DNA of 64,000 nt from a virus. Location of the stretch: positions 54,326 to 118,325 of the IMG/VR virus record IMGVR_UViG_3300042291_000666, one strand, 5' to 3'. Shown here piece by piece: positions 10,134 through 20,938 of this stretch (positions are counted from its first letter, which is position 1; every line of letters begins with the position of its first letter). The translations under genes were made by a program, and so were the position numbers. The notes below the pieces were generated by a model. The model worked only from the letters and a program-made list of their open reading frames with translations, made no database searches and had not been told where the DNA came from.

Positions 10134-10337
10134 ATGAACTGTGCAAATTGTAACAAAACATTTACTTGCGGTTGTCAAAAAGCATTTGATGACCAAGGTA
10201 CTGCCATATGTAAAACATGTGTGAATGAATGGGCTAATAAAAGATTATCTGGTGAAGCGGTTACACAACCATTACCAACAAGAGATTTAAATTTAGAATT
10301 AGCAGCTCAACAAATTAGAGATCTGAGAAATAAATAA
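10134..10337 (+). CDS. Small zinc-finger-like protein
   Basis: 67 aa with CxxC...CxC...CxxC and an A-rich leader. Tightly coupled to the next gene. Confidence 0.6.
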   Translation: MNCANCNKTFTCGCQKAFDDQGTAICKTCVNEWANKRLSGEAVTQPLPTRDLNLELAAQQIRDLRNK

Positions 10338-10339
10338 AT

Positions 10340-10840
10340 ATGGAGCAAGCACTTATTAAAAGAATTAGGACTGAACAAAATTTTGCAGTACAAGCATATA
10401 CAAATTTTAAAGAAATTAAATTTGGTATAGAACCATGTTGCTATGTTGATTTTGAGACAGCTGCTTTAAATAAGTATTTGTGTGATTGGCAAAACAGTGC
10501 TTCTAACAAAATAATTATTGATAGTGGTCAAGTAGGCATCTTTATTGAACCATTAGCAATAGTTAATACAGAAGCTAGTATGTCTTGCCCAGTTATACCT
10601 ACTAATGTTTGTACAATAATAGATCTTGAAAATATACTTTGTAATACAGGAACTTATATACATACACAAGATGTGCCATTAGCTGTTTGGGTTATAACAC
10701 ATAATTTAGGAAGTTTTCCTTCAGTGACAGTTGTTGATAATTTAAATCAAGTTGTTGTTGGTGATATAACTTACAATAGTTCAAATACATTAACAATAAC
10801 ATTTACCACTGCTTTTGCGGGGTATGCATATTTAAATTAA
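10340..10840 (+). CDS. Tail-associated structural protein
   Basis: C-terminal WVITHNLGSFPSVTVVD...ITFTTAFAGYAYLN small beta domain typical of phage fibre/hub proteins. Confidence 0.55.
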   Translation: MEQALIKRIRTEQNFAVQAYTNFKEIKFGIEPCCYVDFETAALNKYLCDWQNSASNKIIIDSGQVGIFIEPLAIVNTEASMSCPVIPTNVCTIIDLENILCNTGTYIHTQDVPLAVWVITHNLGSFPSVTVVDNLNQVVVGDITYNSSNTLTITFTTAFAGYAYLN

Positions 10841-10884
10841 AAACAATTAAAACAAATAATAACTAAAAACAAAAAACAAAAATC

Positions 10885-13152
10885 ATGGCAATTAAATATT
10901 TAAATAGTATTAACCTGAATCAGAATGAATTGCAATTTGCAGTTATTCAAAATTTAGGCACACCTCCTGCAACGGCAACGGAAGGTCAAATTTATTATGA
11001 CACAGTAACTGATAAGTTACAGTTAAGAACTGCTAGTGCTTGGGTTCCTATTCTTTCTGGTACAGATACGAATACTACTTATACTTTAGCTACAGCTCCA
11101 ACAGGAACTGCCATTAGATTAACAGGTAGTGATTCTACTACTAATGATGTTACTATAACTGGTGCAGGTACTGTTGTTGTTACAAGAACAAGTGCTAACA
11201 CATTAACAATTACAGGAACTGATTCTGCTGCAGGTACGGTAACTTCAGTAGTTGCTGGTACGGGTATTTCTATTACCGGAACTGCTACTATAACTCCTAC
11301 AGTAAACATTCTTTATGCTGGATTATCTAATGCTATTTTAGCTGCTACTGCAGCTACTCCAGTTGGTGCTGATACATTATGGTTTAGTGATGCAACAGAT
11401 AATACAATTAAGAAAGCTTTACTTTCTACATTCCCTGGATTTGGTGCTGATGGTACTGTAACAAACGTTACTGGTGCTAACTCTACATTTGTTTCAACAG
11501 CAGTTGCTACTGGAACTACAACTCCAGTTATTACAGCTAGTTTAAGTGCAACAGGTACACCAAGTGCTACTACTTTCTTAAGAGGTGATAATACATGGGC
11601 TGCTGCATCAAATTATACTAGTTGGTCATTACAAGGTTCAGCGGGAACTACAGAAGTTATTTCAAGTGGTGAAACTGTTAACTTTTTTGCTGGTGCGGGT
11701 ATAACAACTACTGCTTCTAATTCATTAGGTATTAATTATTTAAGTATTGTAAATACAGGTGTTCTTGCACTTACTGCAGGTACTAATATTTCTATTACAG
11801 GTACTAATACAAATTTAACTATTAATTCAACTGACCAATTCCAAGGTACAGTAACTTCTATTACTTTAGCTGCTGGATCAGGAACTGGTACTGCAATTAC
11901 ATCAAGTGGTACATTTACATTTGCTGGAGGTACAGGTATTACAACTTCTGTATCAGGAACTACTGTAACTATTAATGCTACAACTTTAGGTACTGTAACA
12001 AGTATTACTGCAGGAACTGGTTTAACAGGTGGTACAATTACTTCTACCGGTACAATTGCTGTTAAATATACAGGAGCGGGTAACATTGTAGATGCAGCAC
12101 CAACTGGAATACCTTTAACAAGTTTTGATTATTTCTTAACACATAATTTTATAACAAATAATGCTGAAAAATCTCAAGTTGGTGCATTATCAATAAGTGA
12201 ATTAGATGCACCTTCTGCAGATTTAAGTATTAATACATTTAAATTAACCAATGTTGTTAATCCAACAAATGCTCAAGATGCTGCAACTAAAAACTATGTA
12301 GATACTACATTAGCTGGTTCAGGTGCTTTAATTTACCAAGGTGGATATAACGCATCTACAAACGTACCTAACCTTGATACAACATCAAATATTCTTATTA
12401 ATAGAGGATTTACATATACTGTTACAGTAGATGGTTTATTCTTTGGGGAACAAGTTAGAGTTGGTGATTTAATTATTGCAAATGTAAATATTCCTGCTAA
12501 CAGTCCTTCAAATGCTATAACTAACTTTACAATTGTTCAAGATAATGTTGATTTAGCTAGTACAACTACTGTGGGTATTGCTAGTTTTGCTGCTGCAAGT
12601 TTTGCAGTAAGTGCAGCTGGTGAGGTTACAATCAAAAATGGTGGTGTAATTTTAGGTACACAAACTACAGGAACTTATAACCCTACTGTTGGTTTATCAC
12701 AAACTATTGATATTGGAAATAATACTACATCTGGTGTTGCAGTATTTAATACTGTTACATTAACAAATGGTGTTATTACAGCATTTACCACTGAGAATAT
12801 TCAAGCATCAAGTACAGCTAATCCTGGGGTAATTTTAATTGCAACAGATGTTGAAGCTACTGCTGGTGTTGTAACTACTAAAGCTGTTACTCCAGCACAA
12901 TTAAAATCTAATGCAACTACAATTGCTAATGCAGCTATAGTAGCTAGAGAATTTAAACAAACTGTTACTTTAGCATCAACAGTTATAAATCATGAGTTAG
13001 CTTCAAGAGATCTTATAGTTCAATTGTATGATACAGTTACTTTTGAAACTGTTTATGCAGATATTATTAGAACAGATGTAAATAACTTAACTGTTATTTT
13101 TGGAGCAGTTCCAACTAATGCTATTAGAGTATTAATTACTAAAATAGGATAA
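10885..13152 (+). CDS. Tail fibre protein 1
   Basis: 755 aa, Thr/Gly-rich with GTVTS repeats. Contains LTNVVNPTNAQDAATKNYVD and ATDVEATAG...KAVTPAQL fibre motifs and a C-terminal HELASRDLIVQLYD domain. Confidence 0.75.
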   Translation: MAIKYLNSINLNQNELQFAVIQNLGTPPATATEGQIYYDTVTDKLQLRTASAWVPILSGTDTNTTYTLATAPTGTAIRLTGSDSTTNDVTITGAGTVVVTRTSANTLTITGTDSAAGTVTSVVAGTGISITGTATITPTVNILYAGLSNAILAATAATPVGADTLWFSDATDNTIKKALLSTFPGFGADGTVTNVTGANSTFVSTAVATGTTTPVITASLSATGTPSATTFLRGDNTWAAASNYTSWSLQGSAGTTEVISSGETVNFFAGAGITTTASNSLGINYLSIVNTGVLALTAGTNISITGTNTNLTINSTDQFQGTVTSITLAAGSGTGTAITSSGTFTFAGGTGITTSVSGTTVTINATTLGTVTSITAGTGLTGGTITSTGTIAVKYTGAGNIVDAAPTGIPLTSFDYFLTHNFITNNAEKSQVGALSISELDAPSADLSINTFKLTNVVNPTNAQDAATKNYVDTTLAGSGALIYQGGYNASTNVPNLDTTSNILINRGFTYTVTVDGLFFGEQVRVGDLIIANVNIPANSPSNAITNFTIVQDNVDLASTTTVGIASFAAASFAVSAAGEVTIKNGGVILGTQTTGTYNPTVGLSQTIDIGNNTTSGVAVFNTVTLTNGVITAFTTENIQASSTANPGVILIATDVEATAGVVTTKAVTPAQLKSNATTIANAAIVAREFKQTVTLASTVINHELASRDLIVQLYDTVTFETVYADIIRTDVNNLTVIFGAVPTNAIRVLITKIG

Positions 13153-13168
13153 ACATTACTTTTATATG

Positions 13169-13207
13169 AAGGGGGGATTTCATAAATTCATGTTTTCCCC
13201 CTTTTTT
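13169..13207 (+). terminator. Intrinsic terminator
   Basis: AAGGGGG...CCCCCTT stem followed by a T-run after fibre 1. TACTTTTG (13224-31) downstream could restart transcription. Confidence 0.65.
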
Positions 13208-13256
13208 ATAAATAAAAAAATTGTACTTTTGGTACCAATATTAAATAAAATTATAG

Positions 13257-16200
13257 ATGGCAATAAGATTTTTAAACAGTATAAATATCCAAGCAGGTAC
13301 ATTAACTGTATCAACTATAGCTAACTTAGCCACAGCATCTAACGTATTTTTAGTTTCAGATGGTGGTTTAGTTAAATATAGAACTGCCGCACAAGTGCGT
13401 TCTGATATTGGAGCAGGCACAGGTACAGTAACTAGTGTTGCTGTAACTAATGGTACTGGTATTTCTGCATCAGTTGCAAATGCATCTACTACACCAAATA
13501 TTACTATTACAAATACAGACTTGGGTTCTTCTCAAGCTATATTTAAAAACTTTGCAGTTGCTGGTGAAAGTACAGTAGTTGCAGATAACAATAATGATAC
13601 ATTAACTTTTGTCAATGGAGCTAACGTTGCTATTACTACTAATGCAACAACAGATACAATAACTATATCCGCAGCAAATACTAATAACTTTCCATCAAGT
13701 TTAGCTTGGGATACCGGAACAGGTATTTTAACTTTAGGTAGAAGTGGTTTATCTTCTTTAACTGTAGACTTAGACGGTAGATATTTAGAACTAGCAGGTG
13801 GAACTTTAACGGGTGGATTATATGGAACATTTGCTAGTTTTGGTGGTACACTTAATTCATATGTTACAATAGATAATTTAGCAAGAAGATTTAATTCTCC
13901 TGAAGGTGCAACTTATATTACAACTAACTCTTCAATAGTTGGAGCTATTAAAATTAAATTACCTATAGCAAGAAATAATTCATCTACAATGATGATGTTT
14001 ACTGTTAAGATCTATCAATATAGTACAGGTAATTGTCATGAATTACAAATTGCTGGATATAATTATGCTGGAGGAAGTTGGTATAATACATCTGTTACAA
14101 ATTTAACAGATAATGGTGGTAATTTAACTGTAAGATTCGGTACTGATGCAACATCTGATTGTGTATGGATTGGGGAAACTAGTTCTAGTTGGTCATATCC
14201 ACAAGTATTTGTAACTGACTTTCAAGCAGGATATAGTGGTCAAGCTAATTCTTGGGGAGAAGCTTGGAACATTACATTTGAAACAGCATTTGATACAGTA
14301 GAAGATACAAGAATAGCATCACAAGTAATTACAAGTAGAAATATTGGTGTACAAAATGTTCTTACAGCTACTGCATTAACTTCAATGAATATATCTCAGT
14401 TTACTAATGATAGTGGTTATACTACTGCTACTGCTGTTGCTAATAATTATGCTTCAAAATTTCTTACATTAACTATAAATGGTACAGGATATGATCTTAG
14501 TGCAAATAGATCTTGGAGCGTTGGTACTGTAACATCTTTTTCTTTTGGATTAGGCACAACAGGAACAGATATAAATGCTACCCTTACTAATAATACTACA
14601 ACACCTGCATTAACTTTAAATGTTCCTGATGCAAGTGCTACTGCAAGAGGTTTAATTACAACGGGTACACAAACTATTGCTGGTGCCAAAACATTTTCAT
14701 CTGGTGTTACTGCATCAAGTTTTGCTTTTGGTACATCATCAATATATAATTATAGTGGTTTAAATGTAATATATCAAGGTGCTACAGGAACTACACATAA
14801 TTTTGGCGGTGGCCCTGGTTTTGTACAAAATAATTTATCAGTACCTAATGGTACATTTAATATTGCTTTACAAACAGCATCAACTATAGCATCATTTGAT
14901 GCATCTAAAAATGTAGTAAGTTTACCTACTGCAACATATCCTTCATTAGCAGAACTTGCTTATGTCAAAGGAGTTACATCTGCTATTCAAACACAACTTA
15001 ATGCTAAAGGTACTGTCAATTCAATAACCGCAGGAACTGGATTAAGTGGTGGAACAATCACAAACTCAGGAACTATTGCGTTAGCAAATACATCTGTTAC
15101 TGCAGGATCATATACTGCTGCTAATATTACAGTAGATGCTCAAGGTAGAATTACATCAGCATCAAATGGTTCTGGTGGTGGTGGTATTACAGGTTCTGGT
15201 ACTGCTGGAAATATTACTAAATGGAGTACTACAACGGGTGTAACAAACTCTATTATGACAGATAATGGTACTACCGTTACTATAAATAGTGGTACATTAG
15301 CTTCACCAGTAAATAGTTATTTGCCAGTACAAACTTTTGCATTAAATAATGGAAACGGTGAGTATGTTGAATTTGGTTCTTTAAGAACAGCTACAGGATC
15401 AGACTGGACAAATGCTGGATTTAGAATACAAGAAAAAATTGACTCAACTTGGATGGGGTATATGCAGTTCAATGGAACTGGTAATCTAGGTGGTATTTCA
15501 TTTGGAACAGGTACAAGTGCTGCAAGTAGACAATCTATTGTAGAAAGAGTAATAATCAATAGTGCTGGTAGCATGGGTATAGGAATTGCTCCACTTAGTA
15601 CACTTGATGTAAATGGTACTATTACAACTAGAGGTCAATTATATATAACATCTGGAGGTTCATCTGTACCTAATTGGTTTTTCCAATTAAATGGTTCTGG
15701 AGATTTAGTTGTTGATGAAGCAATAACTTCTAAAAATTTTATATTTAGTAATTCAGGTAATGTATTTTTAAGTAATGGTGGTCAAGTAACAATTGGTACA
15801 ACAGATGTTGGTACACCTAATTATGGACTTCTACCACAATTAACAGTAGCAAATGCTTCTGGTGGTGTTTTAGATATAAGAACTACTAATACAAATGTTG
15901 TAGCTGGTACATCATTGGGTAGAATACAATTTACTGGAAAAGATGATTCACTTACAGGATATACTTCTGCAGCAATTGAAGCTATTTCAGCAGGTACTAT
16001 TAGTAGTGGTGCAAACGGAGGTGGTAAGTTAAAACTAATGACTTCTATAGCAGGTTATGGTACACCTCCTTTACCTAGAATGTGGATTAATCAAAATGGT
16101 TATGTTACTGTAGGATCTACAGACTTAGGATATAGTGAATTTGCTGTAAATGGTAGTGTTTATGCAACAAGTGGTGTTTATGCTGCTTCTGGTAATGGTT

Positions 16201-16721
16201 GTGCTATTGGAAGTCCTACTATTATAGGTAATGATGTAGGTTTATATGGTCTTGCTGGTGATGAAGTAATTGCCATGTTAAATTATAGTGATGGTTATTA
16301 TTGGTATGGTGGTGGATCAATAAAAACTACAGGTTCATTTGTTGGTATTAGTGCATTACCTGATTATCCATTACATGTAGGATTAGAAAATGGAAATATT
16401 TCTATATATGCTGATTATGATATTGTTGCTTTTTCTGATGAATCTGTAAAAGAAAACATTAGACCTATTGAAAATGTAATTGAAAGAGTACAAAAATCAA
16501 GAGGTGTATTATATGATAGAATTGATAGTGGTCATAAAGACAATATTGGTTTTATTGCACAAGAGTTAGAACTTACTTTCCCTGAATTAGTTGTTACTAA
16601 TGAAGATGGAACTAAAGCTGTTAAATATCAGAATGCTGTAGCTGTTATGTTTGAAGCTATTAAAGAACAGCAAAAACAAATAGATGAACTAAAAGAATTA
16701 GTAAATAAATTAATCAAATAA
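13257..16721 (+). CDS. Tail fibre/spike protein 2 with C-terminal intramolecular chaperone (peptidase S74)
   Basis: 1154 aa with GTVTS repeats and VDAQGRIT. From 16431, FSDESVKENI...IGFIAQELE..FPELV...EAIKEQQKQIDELK is the S74 autocleaving chaperone signature. Confidence 0.85.
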   Translation: MAIRFLNSINIQAGTLTVSTIANLATASNVFLVSDGGLVKYRTAAQVRSDIGAGTGTVTSVAVTNGTGISASVANASTTPNITITNTDLGSSQAIFKNFAVAGESTVVADNNNDTLTFVNGANVAITTNATTDTITISAANTNNFPSSLAWDTGTGILTLGRSGLSSLTVDLDGRYLELAGGTLTGGLYGTFASFGGTLNSYVTIDNLARRFNSPEGATYITTNSSIVGAIKIKLPIARNNSSTMMMFTVKIYQYSTGNCHELQIAGYNYAGGSWYNTSVTNLTDNGGNLTVRFGTDATSDCVWIGETSSSWSYPQVFVTDFQAGYSGQANSWGEAWNITFETAFDTVEDTRIASQVITSRNIGVQNVLTATALTSMNISQFTNDSGYTTATAVANNYASKFLTLTINGTGYDLSANRSWSVGTVTSFSFGLGTTGTDINATLTNNTTTPALTLNVPDASATARGLITTGTQTIAGAKTFSSGVTASSFAFGTSSIYNYSGLNVIYQGATGTTHNFGGGPGFVQNNLSVPNGTFNIALQTASTIASFDASKNVVSLPTATYPSLAELAYVKGVTSAIQTQLNAKGTVNSITAGTGLSGGTITNSGTIALANTSVTAGSYTAANITVDAQGRITSASNGSGGGGITGSGTAGNITKWSTTTGVTNSIMTDNGTTVTINSGTLASPVNSYLPVQTFALNNGNGEYVEFGSLRTATGSDWTNAGFRIQEKIDSTWMGYMQFNGTGNLGGISFGTGTSAASRQSIVERVIINSAGSMGIGIAPLSTLDVNGTITTRGQLYITSGGSSVPNWFFQLNGSGDLVVDEAITSKNFIFSNSGNVFLSNGGQVTIGTTDVGTPNYGLLPQLTVANASGGVLDIRTTNTNVVAGTSLGRIQFTGKDDSLTGYTSAAIEAISAGTISSGANGGGKLKLMTSIAGYGTPPLPRMWINQNGYVTVGSTDLGYSEFAVNGSVYATSGVYAASGNGCAIGSPTIIGNDVGLYGLAGDEVIAMLNYSDGYYWYGGGSIKTTGSFVGISALPDYPLHVGLENGNISIYADYDIVAFSDESVKENIRPIENVIERVQKSRGVLYDRIDSGHKDNIGFIAQELELTFPELVVTNEDGTKAVKYQNAVAVMFEAIKEQQKQIDELKELVNKLIK

Positions 16722-16722
16722 T

Positions 16723-17043
16723 ATGCATACATATACCTGGACTATTGTTGCATTAGATTGCAAAATAAATGAAAACAATTTACAAGATGTTGTATACAAT
16801 GTAAATTGGAGATATACTGCTTCTAATGAAGATGGTGTAAGTGCTGTAAATTTTGGAGCTTTACTTGTACCACCGCCAAGTCAAGAAGATTTTACACCTT
16901 ATGAAGACTTAACAAAAGATCAAGTTGTTGGTTGGTTAGACGCTGGTTTAAATGTTCCGGCAATGACTGCTGATTTGGATAATCAAATTAACTTGATTGT
17001 AAATCCTGTAGATATTACATTACCTCCACCATTTGAAAATTAA
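16723..17043 (+). CDS. Small tail-fibre-associated protein (paralog 1, DUF7936-like)
   Basis: YTWTIVALD...VVYNVNWRY...FTPYEDLTKDQVVGW. Similar to the ORFs at 17490 and 17831. Confidence 0.6.
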   Translation: MHTYTWTIVALDCKINENNLQDVVYNVNWRYTASNEDGVSAVNFGALLVPPPSQEDFTPYEDLTKDQVVGWLDAGLNVPAMTADLDNQINLIVNPVDITLPPPFEN

Positions 17044-17049
17044 TAAGAT

Positions 17050-17469
17050 ATGTCATTACCATTAAGTGGACCTTTAAGCTTTTCAGAAATAGCTAGTGTA
17101 GTAGGTGTTGGTTCACCTTACTCATTAAACACTATGTCAGCTAATGCTGGATTTGGATCACCAGATTCAGTATCTGAATTTTATGGTTATGGTCCTGGTG
17201 GTTTGATATTATTTTATAGAACTTTTGATTATGGATTTAATCCAAATGAACAGTGTTTTAATAATTGTAATACAGAAGTTTATCATAATGGGGTAAATCC
17301 TTTACCTAGTCCGGGTGATACTGTATATGAAGATCCTGGAGGTAATTTTCCAATACAACCGGGTGGTGTATATTGGGGTATGAGTGAAATACAATATGAA
17401 CCGGCTTTTATAACTTTTAGCACTATATCAAAAAGTCAAGGTGTAGTAGATACTTTAGGATTATGTTAA
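17050..17469 (+). CDS. Putative fibre-tip/adhesin protein
   Basis: N-terminal LPLSGPLSFSEI...SVSEFYG motif is typical of small proteins that follow S74-containing fibres. Confidence 0.5.
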   Translation: MSLPLSGPLSFSEIASVVGVGSPYSLNTMSANAGFGSPDSVSEFYGYGPGGLILFYRTFDYGFNPNEQCFNNCNTEVYHNGVNPLPSPGDTVYEDPGGNFPIQPGGVYWGMSEIQYEPAFITFSTISKSQGVVDTLGLC

Positions 17470-17489
17470 TGTAAATAAATTAAAAAAAT

Positions 17490-17825
17490 ATGACAAAATA
17501 TATTTGGGATTGTAGTATGATTGAGGTTTTACCAACCTTAGAAACATATACTAATGTAGTGTGTAAAGTACATTATAAAGTAACATGTATTGATGATGAA
17601 GATTTATCTGAGTCACCAAAGTCAGTTGATAAACTGGGTATGCAAATATTAAATACAGATAATATAACTGATTTTGTTAATTTTGAAGAATTAACAAATG
17701 ATGATGTTACTGTTTGGGTAAAAGCAGGACTTGGTGAAACCCGTGTTTCTGATATAGAATTAAAACTTAAAGCTAGATATGATAGTATGACTGGCTCATA
17801 TATTACATCTATTAATAAAGATTAA
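17490..17825 (+). CDS. Small tail-fibre-associated protein (paralog 2)
   Basis: YIWDCSMIE...VVCKVHYKV...FVNFEELTNDDVTVWV. Confidence 0.6.
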   Translation: MTKYIWDCSMIEVLPTLETYTNVVCKVHYKVTCIDDEDLSESPKSVDKLGMQILNTDNITDFVNFEELTNDDVTVWVKAGLGETRVSDIELKLKARYDSMTGSYITSINKD

Positions 17826-17830
17826 TAGTT

Positions 17831-18298
17831 ATGAAAAAACCAATTGCTAAAAAAGTTGCTGCAAAAAAGGAAGTAGCAAAAAAAGAAGTAGTAGAAAAGA
17901 AACCTATTGTTAAAACTCCTGTTAAGAAAGTTAAAACAATAAGTAAAATTGTAAAACCTCTATTTATAGAGGAACCAATTATTGAGATTAATTATAGTTG
18001 GGATATTGAAAGTATTGAAATCAATAACCTAACTAATGTTATTTCTCAAATAACCTATGAATTTATAGGTATTCTTATTGATCAAACACATACAATAAGT
18101 GGTACAATAGTAGTACCTAAAATCATTGATACTCATAGTAAAGTAGAAACAAGTGACTATAAGACCTTAACAAAACAAGAGATTATAGATTACATTATAA
18201 GCAAAGTATCTGAAAGACACCTGGATGTGATGAAAGATATGATTATCCAAAACTTCAAGGGAACTAAAATAATTGATAAAACTTTTTGGAAATCCTAA
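17831..18298 (+). CDS. Tail-fibre-associated protein (paralog 3) with Lys-rich N-terminal extension
   Basis: KKPIAKKVAAKKEVAKK N-tail, then YSWDIESIE...VISQITYEF...YKTLTKQEIIDY. Confidence 0.55.
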   Translation: MKKPIAKKVAAKKEVAKKEVVEKKPIVKTPVKKVKTISKIVKPLFIEEPIIEINYSWDIESIEINNLTNVISQITYEFIGILIDQTHTISGTIVVPKIIDTHSKVETSDYKTLTKQEIIDYIISKVSERHLDVMKDMIIQNFKGTKIIDKTFWKS

Positions 18299-18349
18299 AT
18301 AAGTTATATATTTGTAACATAATTTAAAAACAATTTAAAATCAATAAAA

Positions 18350-18634
18350 ATGGCAAAGACAAAGTTACCACAAGAAGAAGCTGTTGAAGTTAAAAAACTT
18401 ACAGTAGAAGAACTAGAAAACCTAGTTGATGTTCAACAAAGAATTAACAATATTACCTTAAACTTAGGTAATGCTGAATTGGCTAAACAATCAATGTTAG
18501 CTGAATATTCTAAAGTGAAAGCGGAATGGGATGTAGTTGCAAAAACATTAGAAGACAAGTATGGTCAGGTTAATGTTAACCTATCTGATGGTTCAATTGC
18601 ACCAATTGACCCTTCAGCTAACCCATTAGGGTAA
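18350..18634 (+). CDS. Small coiled-coil protein (possible fibre-assembly chaperone)
   Basis: 94 aa heptad helix ending LEDKYGQVNVNLSDGSI. Preceded by TATATTTG (18307-14), a TAnnTTTG match. Confidence 0.55.
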   Translation: MAKTKLPQEEAVEVKKLTVEELENLVDVQQRINNITLNLGNAELAKQSMLAEYSKVKAEWDVVAKTLEDKYGQVNVNLSDGSIAPIDPSANPLG

Positions 18635-18658
18635 ACCCTCTATACATAAATATTTTAT

Positions 18659-18715
18659 AAAAAATTTTATAACTGAACTTTTCTTGTTTGGTTATAAAAT
18701 TTTTTGTATATTATA
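18659..18715 (+). promoter_or_regulatory. 15-bp perfect inverted repeat overlapping a putative promoter
   Basis: AAAAAATTTTATAAC (18659-73) / GTTATAAAATTTTTT (18691-705) with a 17-nt spacer, then TTTGTATATTATA (18703-15). Confidence 0.5.
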
Positions 18716-18763
18716 ATTGTATAGAGCACAACAAACTATTACATTATAGTAAAAAAAATATTT

Positions 18764-20908
18764 ATGATACCAACAAATTCAAGTAATACAACAAACGGAT
18801 GTGATAGTATTTCATCTAATTGTGTCATTTGGCAAGGCCCGGATATTAGTTGTATAAACCTATGTAATGGTGATACAATTAGTGATGTAACAGCTAAATT
18901 AGCTGAACTAGTATGTTCATTAATTGAAGATGGGGTAGCTGCTAATCCAAACTTAACAGGATTAGACATGTCATGTCTTAATATACCTGGTACAACACCT
19001 ACTACTTTAGTACCTGTTTTACAGGAAATGATTAATGCTATATGTGCAGAAAATTCACCAGTAGGACCTACTCCAGAATACATTAAACAAAACTTACCTA
19101 TGATGACTTTACCTGCGTGTTTAGTCTACAATGATCCATCAGGTAATCCAGTAACACAATTACGTTTAGATAACTTTACTCTTTTAATAGCAACTAAAGT
19201 TTGTGATATACTTGCAGTAATAATAACTATCAATACAACATTAACCAATTATAATACTAGATTAACAATATTAGAAGCATGTGTATTACCATGTACAGGA
19301 ACTACAGCAGAAACGCAAGTTGTTCCTACATGTATAATTAATGTTGGTCAATTAACAGATGTGTCTGTTTTATTACTTGCTTTAGAAGTAAGATATTGTG
19401 CATTAGAAACAGCAGTAGGTTTACCTGCAGCAATTAATGCAACAATTTCTCAAGCATGTATATTGTCAACTACAACTACATTAGCTAATCCAGCAGTATC
19501 ATATGGTTCAGAAATAGGATGGAATAATACTCCTGTTAATTTAGCACAAACAGTTCAAAACATGTGGATTGTATTGTGTGATATGTATGAAGCTGTTTCA
19601 AGCATTCAAACTAACTGTTGTCCTTCAGGATGTGAAAGTGTAACCTTTGGTTATAACACATCAAATATATTAGCTAGCAATGGCACAATAACAGGTCTTA
19701 ATTTTAACTTCCAAAATACATCAGGTAACGGTTCTGTTATACCAGCAACATTTAATGATTGTGCTGGTAGTACAATTATTACTGTTAGAGATAGTAATAA
19801 CGTTACAGTTACAAGTACAGTAAGTGTTGCAGCTTTACAAAATTCTGCAGGTGGTGCTACTATATCATTACCAGGTTTAAACACATATGGTCCTTTAACT
19901 ACAAGTGTAGCATTTTGTGTTACAGATGGTAGAGATACATGTAGTGATACAATAATTAAATCAGTTGCAGGAATCATTCCATGTGTATTACCAATTATGA
20001 GTGCAATTACAGAGACAGGTGCTACTGTTACATTTACCAATTCATTAGGCTTATCAGCTGTTTATGTAATTGATATCCTTAATGCTTCAACAAATCTTGT
20101 TGTAGCTACATATACACAAAATAACCCTGGACCTACAGTTACTCATGCATTTACAAGTTTAGGTGCAGGAACACAATATATAACTAGAGTAACTGTACAA
20201 ATTGGTGGTGAAACACGAATCTGCCCTAATACAGCAGCATTTGAAACAACAGCAAATATTCCTGTTATTACTACTATTACAGAAATAAATATATGGTTTG
20301 ATAATTCAGGATCTATGGATCAAACATTAGCACCATTAAATACTATGAGAGATACATTGTTAAAAGATTGTATAGGACCTATTTATGGTTATGATCCATT
20401 AGTACCTGGTAGTGATGCATTATATAATACCAGAGTAAAAGTTTTAAATATGTTTGATACTGGTTGGAATTATAATGAAAGATTTGTACAATGTCTTGCT
20501 ACACCAAGAAACTTTGATAGAGCTCCAGATACTACAGTAAATCAAGTACTTAATCTAACGTTTGCAGATGAATCTGATGATTATGGAGCAACTACAACAT
20601 TTAGTAATACTGTAATAGCTGCACAATATGCAACTGATATTGCTACATTAAGAACTAATTTTACAGCAAGTCCTTTTATAAAAGGTGTTGCTTTTCAAGT
20701 AAATACAGGACCAGGTAGTTACCCAGGATTTAGATCTTTAACGCAAGCAACTTTTGTGAATACGGGTATTTATACACCTAACGCTAATATTAGTAATTTA
20801 CCTGCATTTACTTATGAATTAGATGTAACTGCTGCTTCAACTCCAGCATATTACTTAACTAAAGTTGGTGAAGGATTAACTACTTTAGGATTTGCTATTT
20901 CATGCTAA
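18764..20908 (+). CDS. Cys-rich structural protein with FN3-like and vWA domains
   Basis: N-terminal SSNCVIWQGPDISCI Cys-rich region, FN3-like ITETGATVTF...LGAGTQYITRV, and MIDAS motif DNSGS at 20300. Confidence 0.65.
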   Translation: MIPTNSSNTTNGCDSISSNCVIWQGPDISCINLCNGDTISDVTAKLAELVCSLIEDGVAANPNLTGLDMSCLNIPGTTPTTLVPVLQEMINAICAENSPVGPTPEYIKQNLPMMTLPACLVYNDPSGNPVTQLRLDNFTLLIATKVCDILAVIITINTTLTNYNTRLTILEACVLPCTGTTAETQVVPTCIINVGQLTDVSVLLLALEVRYCALETAVGLPAAINATISQACILSTTTTLANPAVSYGSEIGWNNTPVNLAQTVQNMWIVLCDMYEAVSSIQTNCCPSGCESVTFGYNTSNILASNGTITGLNFNFQNTSGNGSVIPATFNDCAGSTIITVRDSNNVTVTSTVSVAALQNSAGGATISLPGLNTYGPLTTSVAFCVTDGRDTCSDTIIKSVAGIIPCVLPIMSAITETGATVTFTNSLGLSAVYVIDILNASTNLVVATYTQNNPGPTVTHAFTSLGAGTQYITRVTVQIGGETRICPNTAAFETTANIPVITTITEINIWFDNSGSMDQTLAPLNTMRDTLLKDCIGPIYGYDPLVPGSDALYNTRVKVLNMFDTGWNYNERFVQCLATPRNFDRAPDTTVNQVLNLTFADESDDYGATTTFSNTVIAAQYATDIATLRTNFTASPFIKGVAFQVNTGPGSYPGFRSLTQATFVNTGIYTPNANISNLPAFTYELDVTAASTPAYYLTKVGEGLTTLGFAISC

Positions 20909-20938
20909 CTTTTAACAAATAAAAAAAATATTAAAAAA

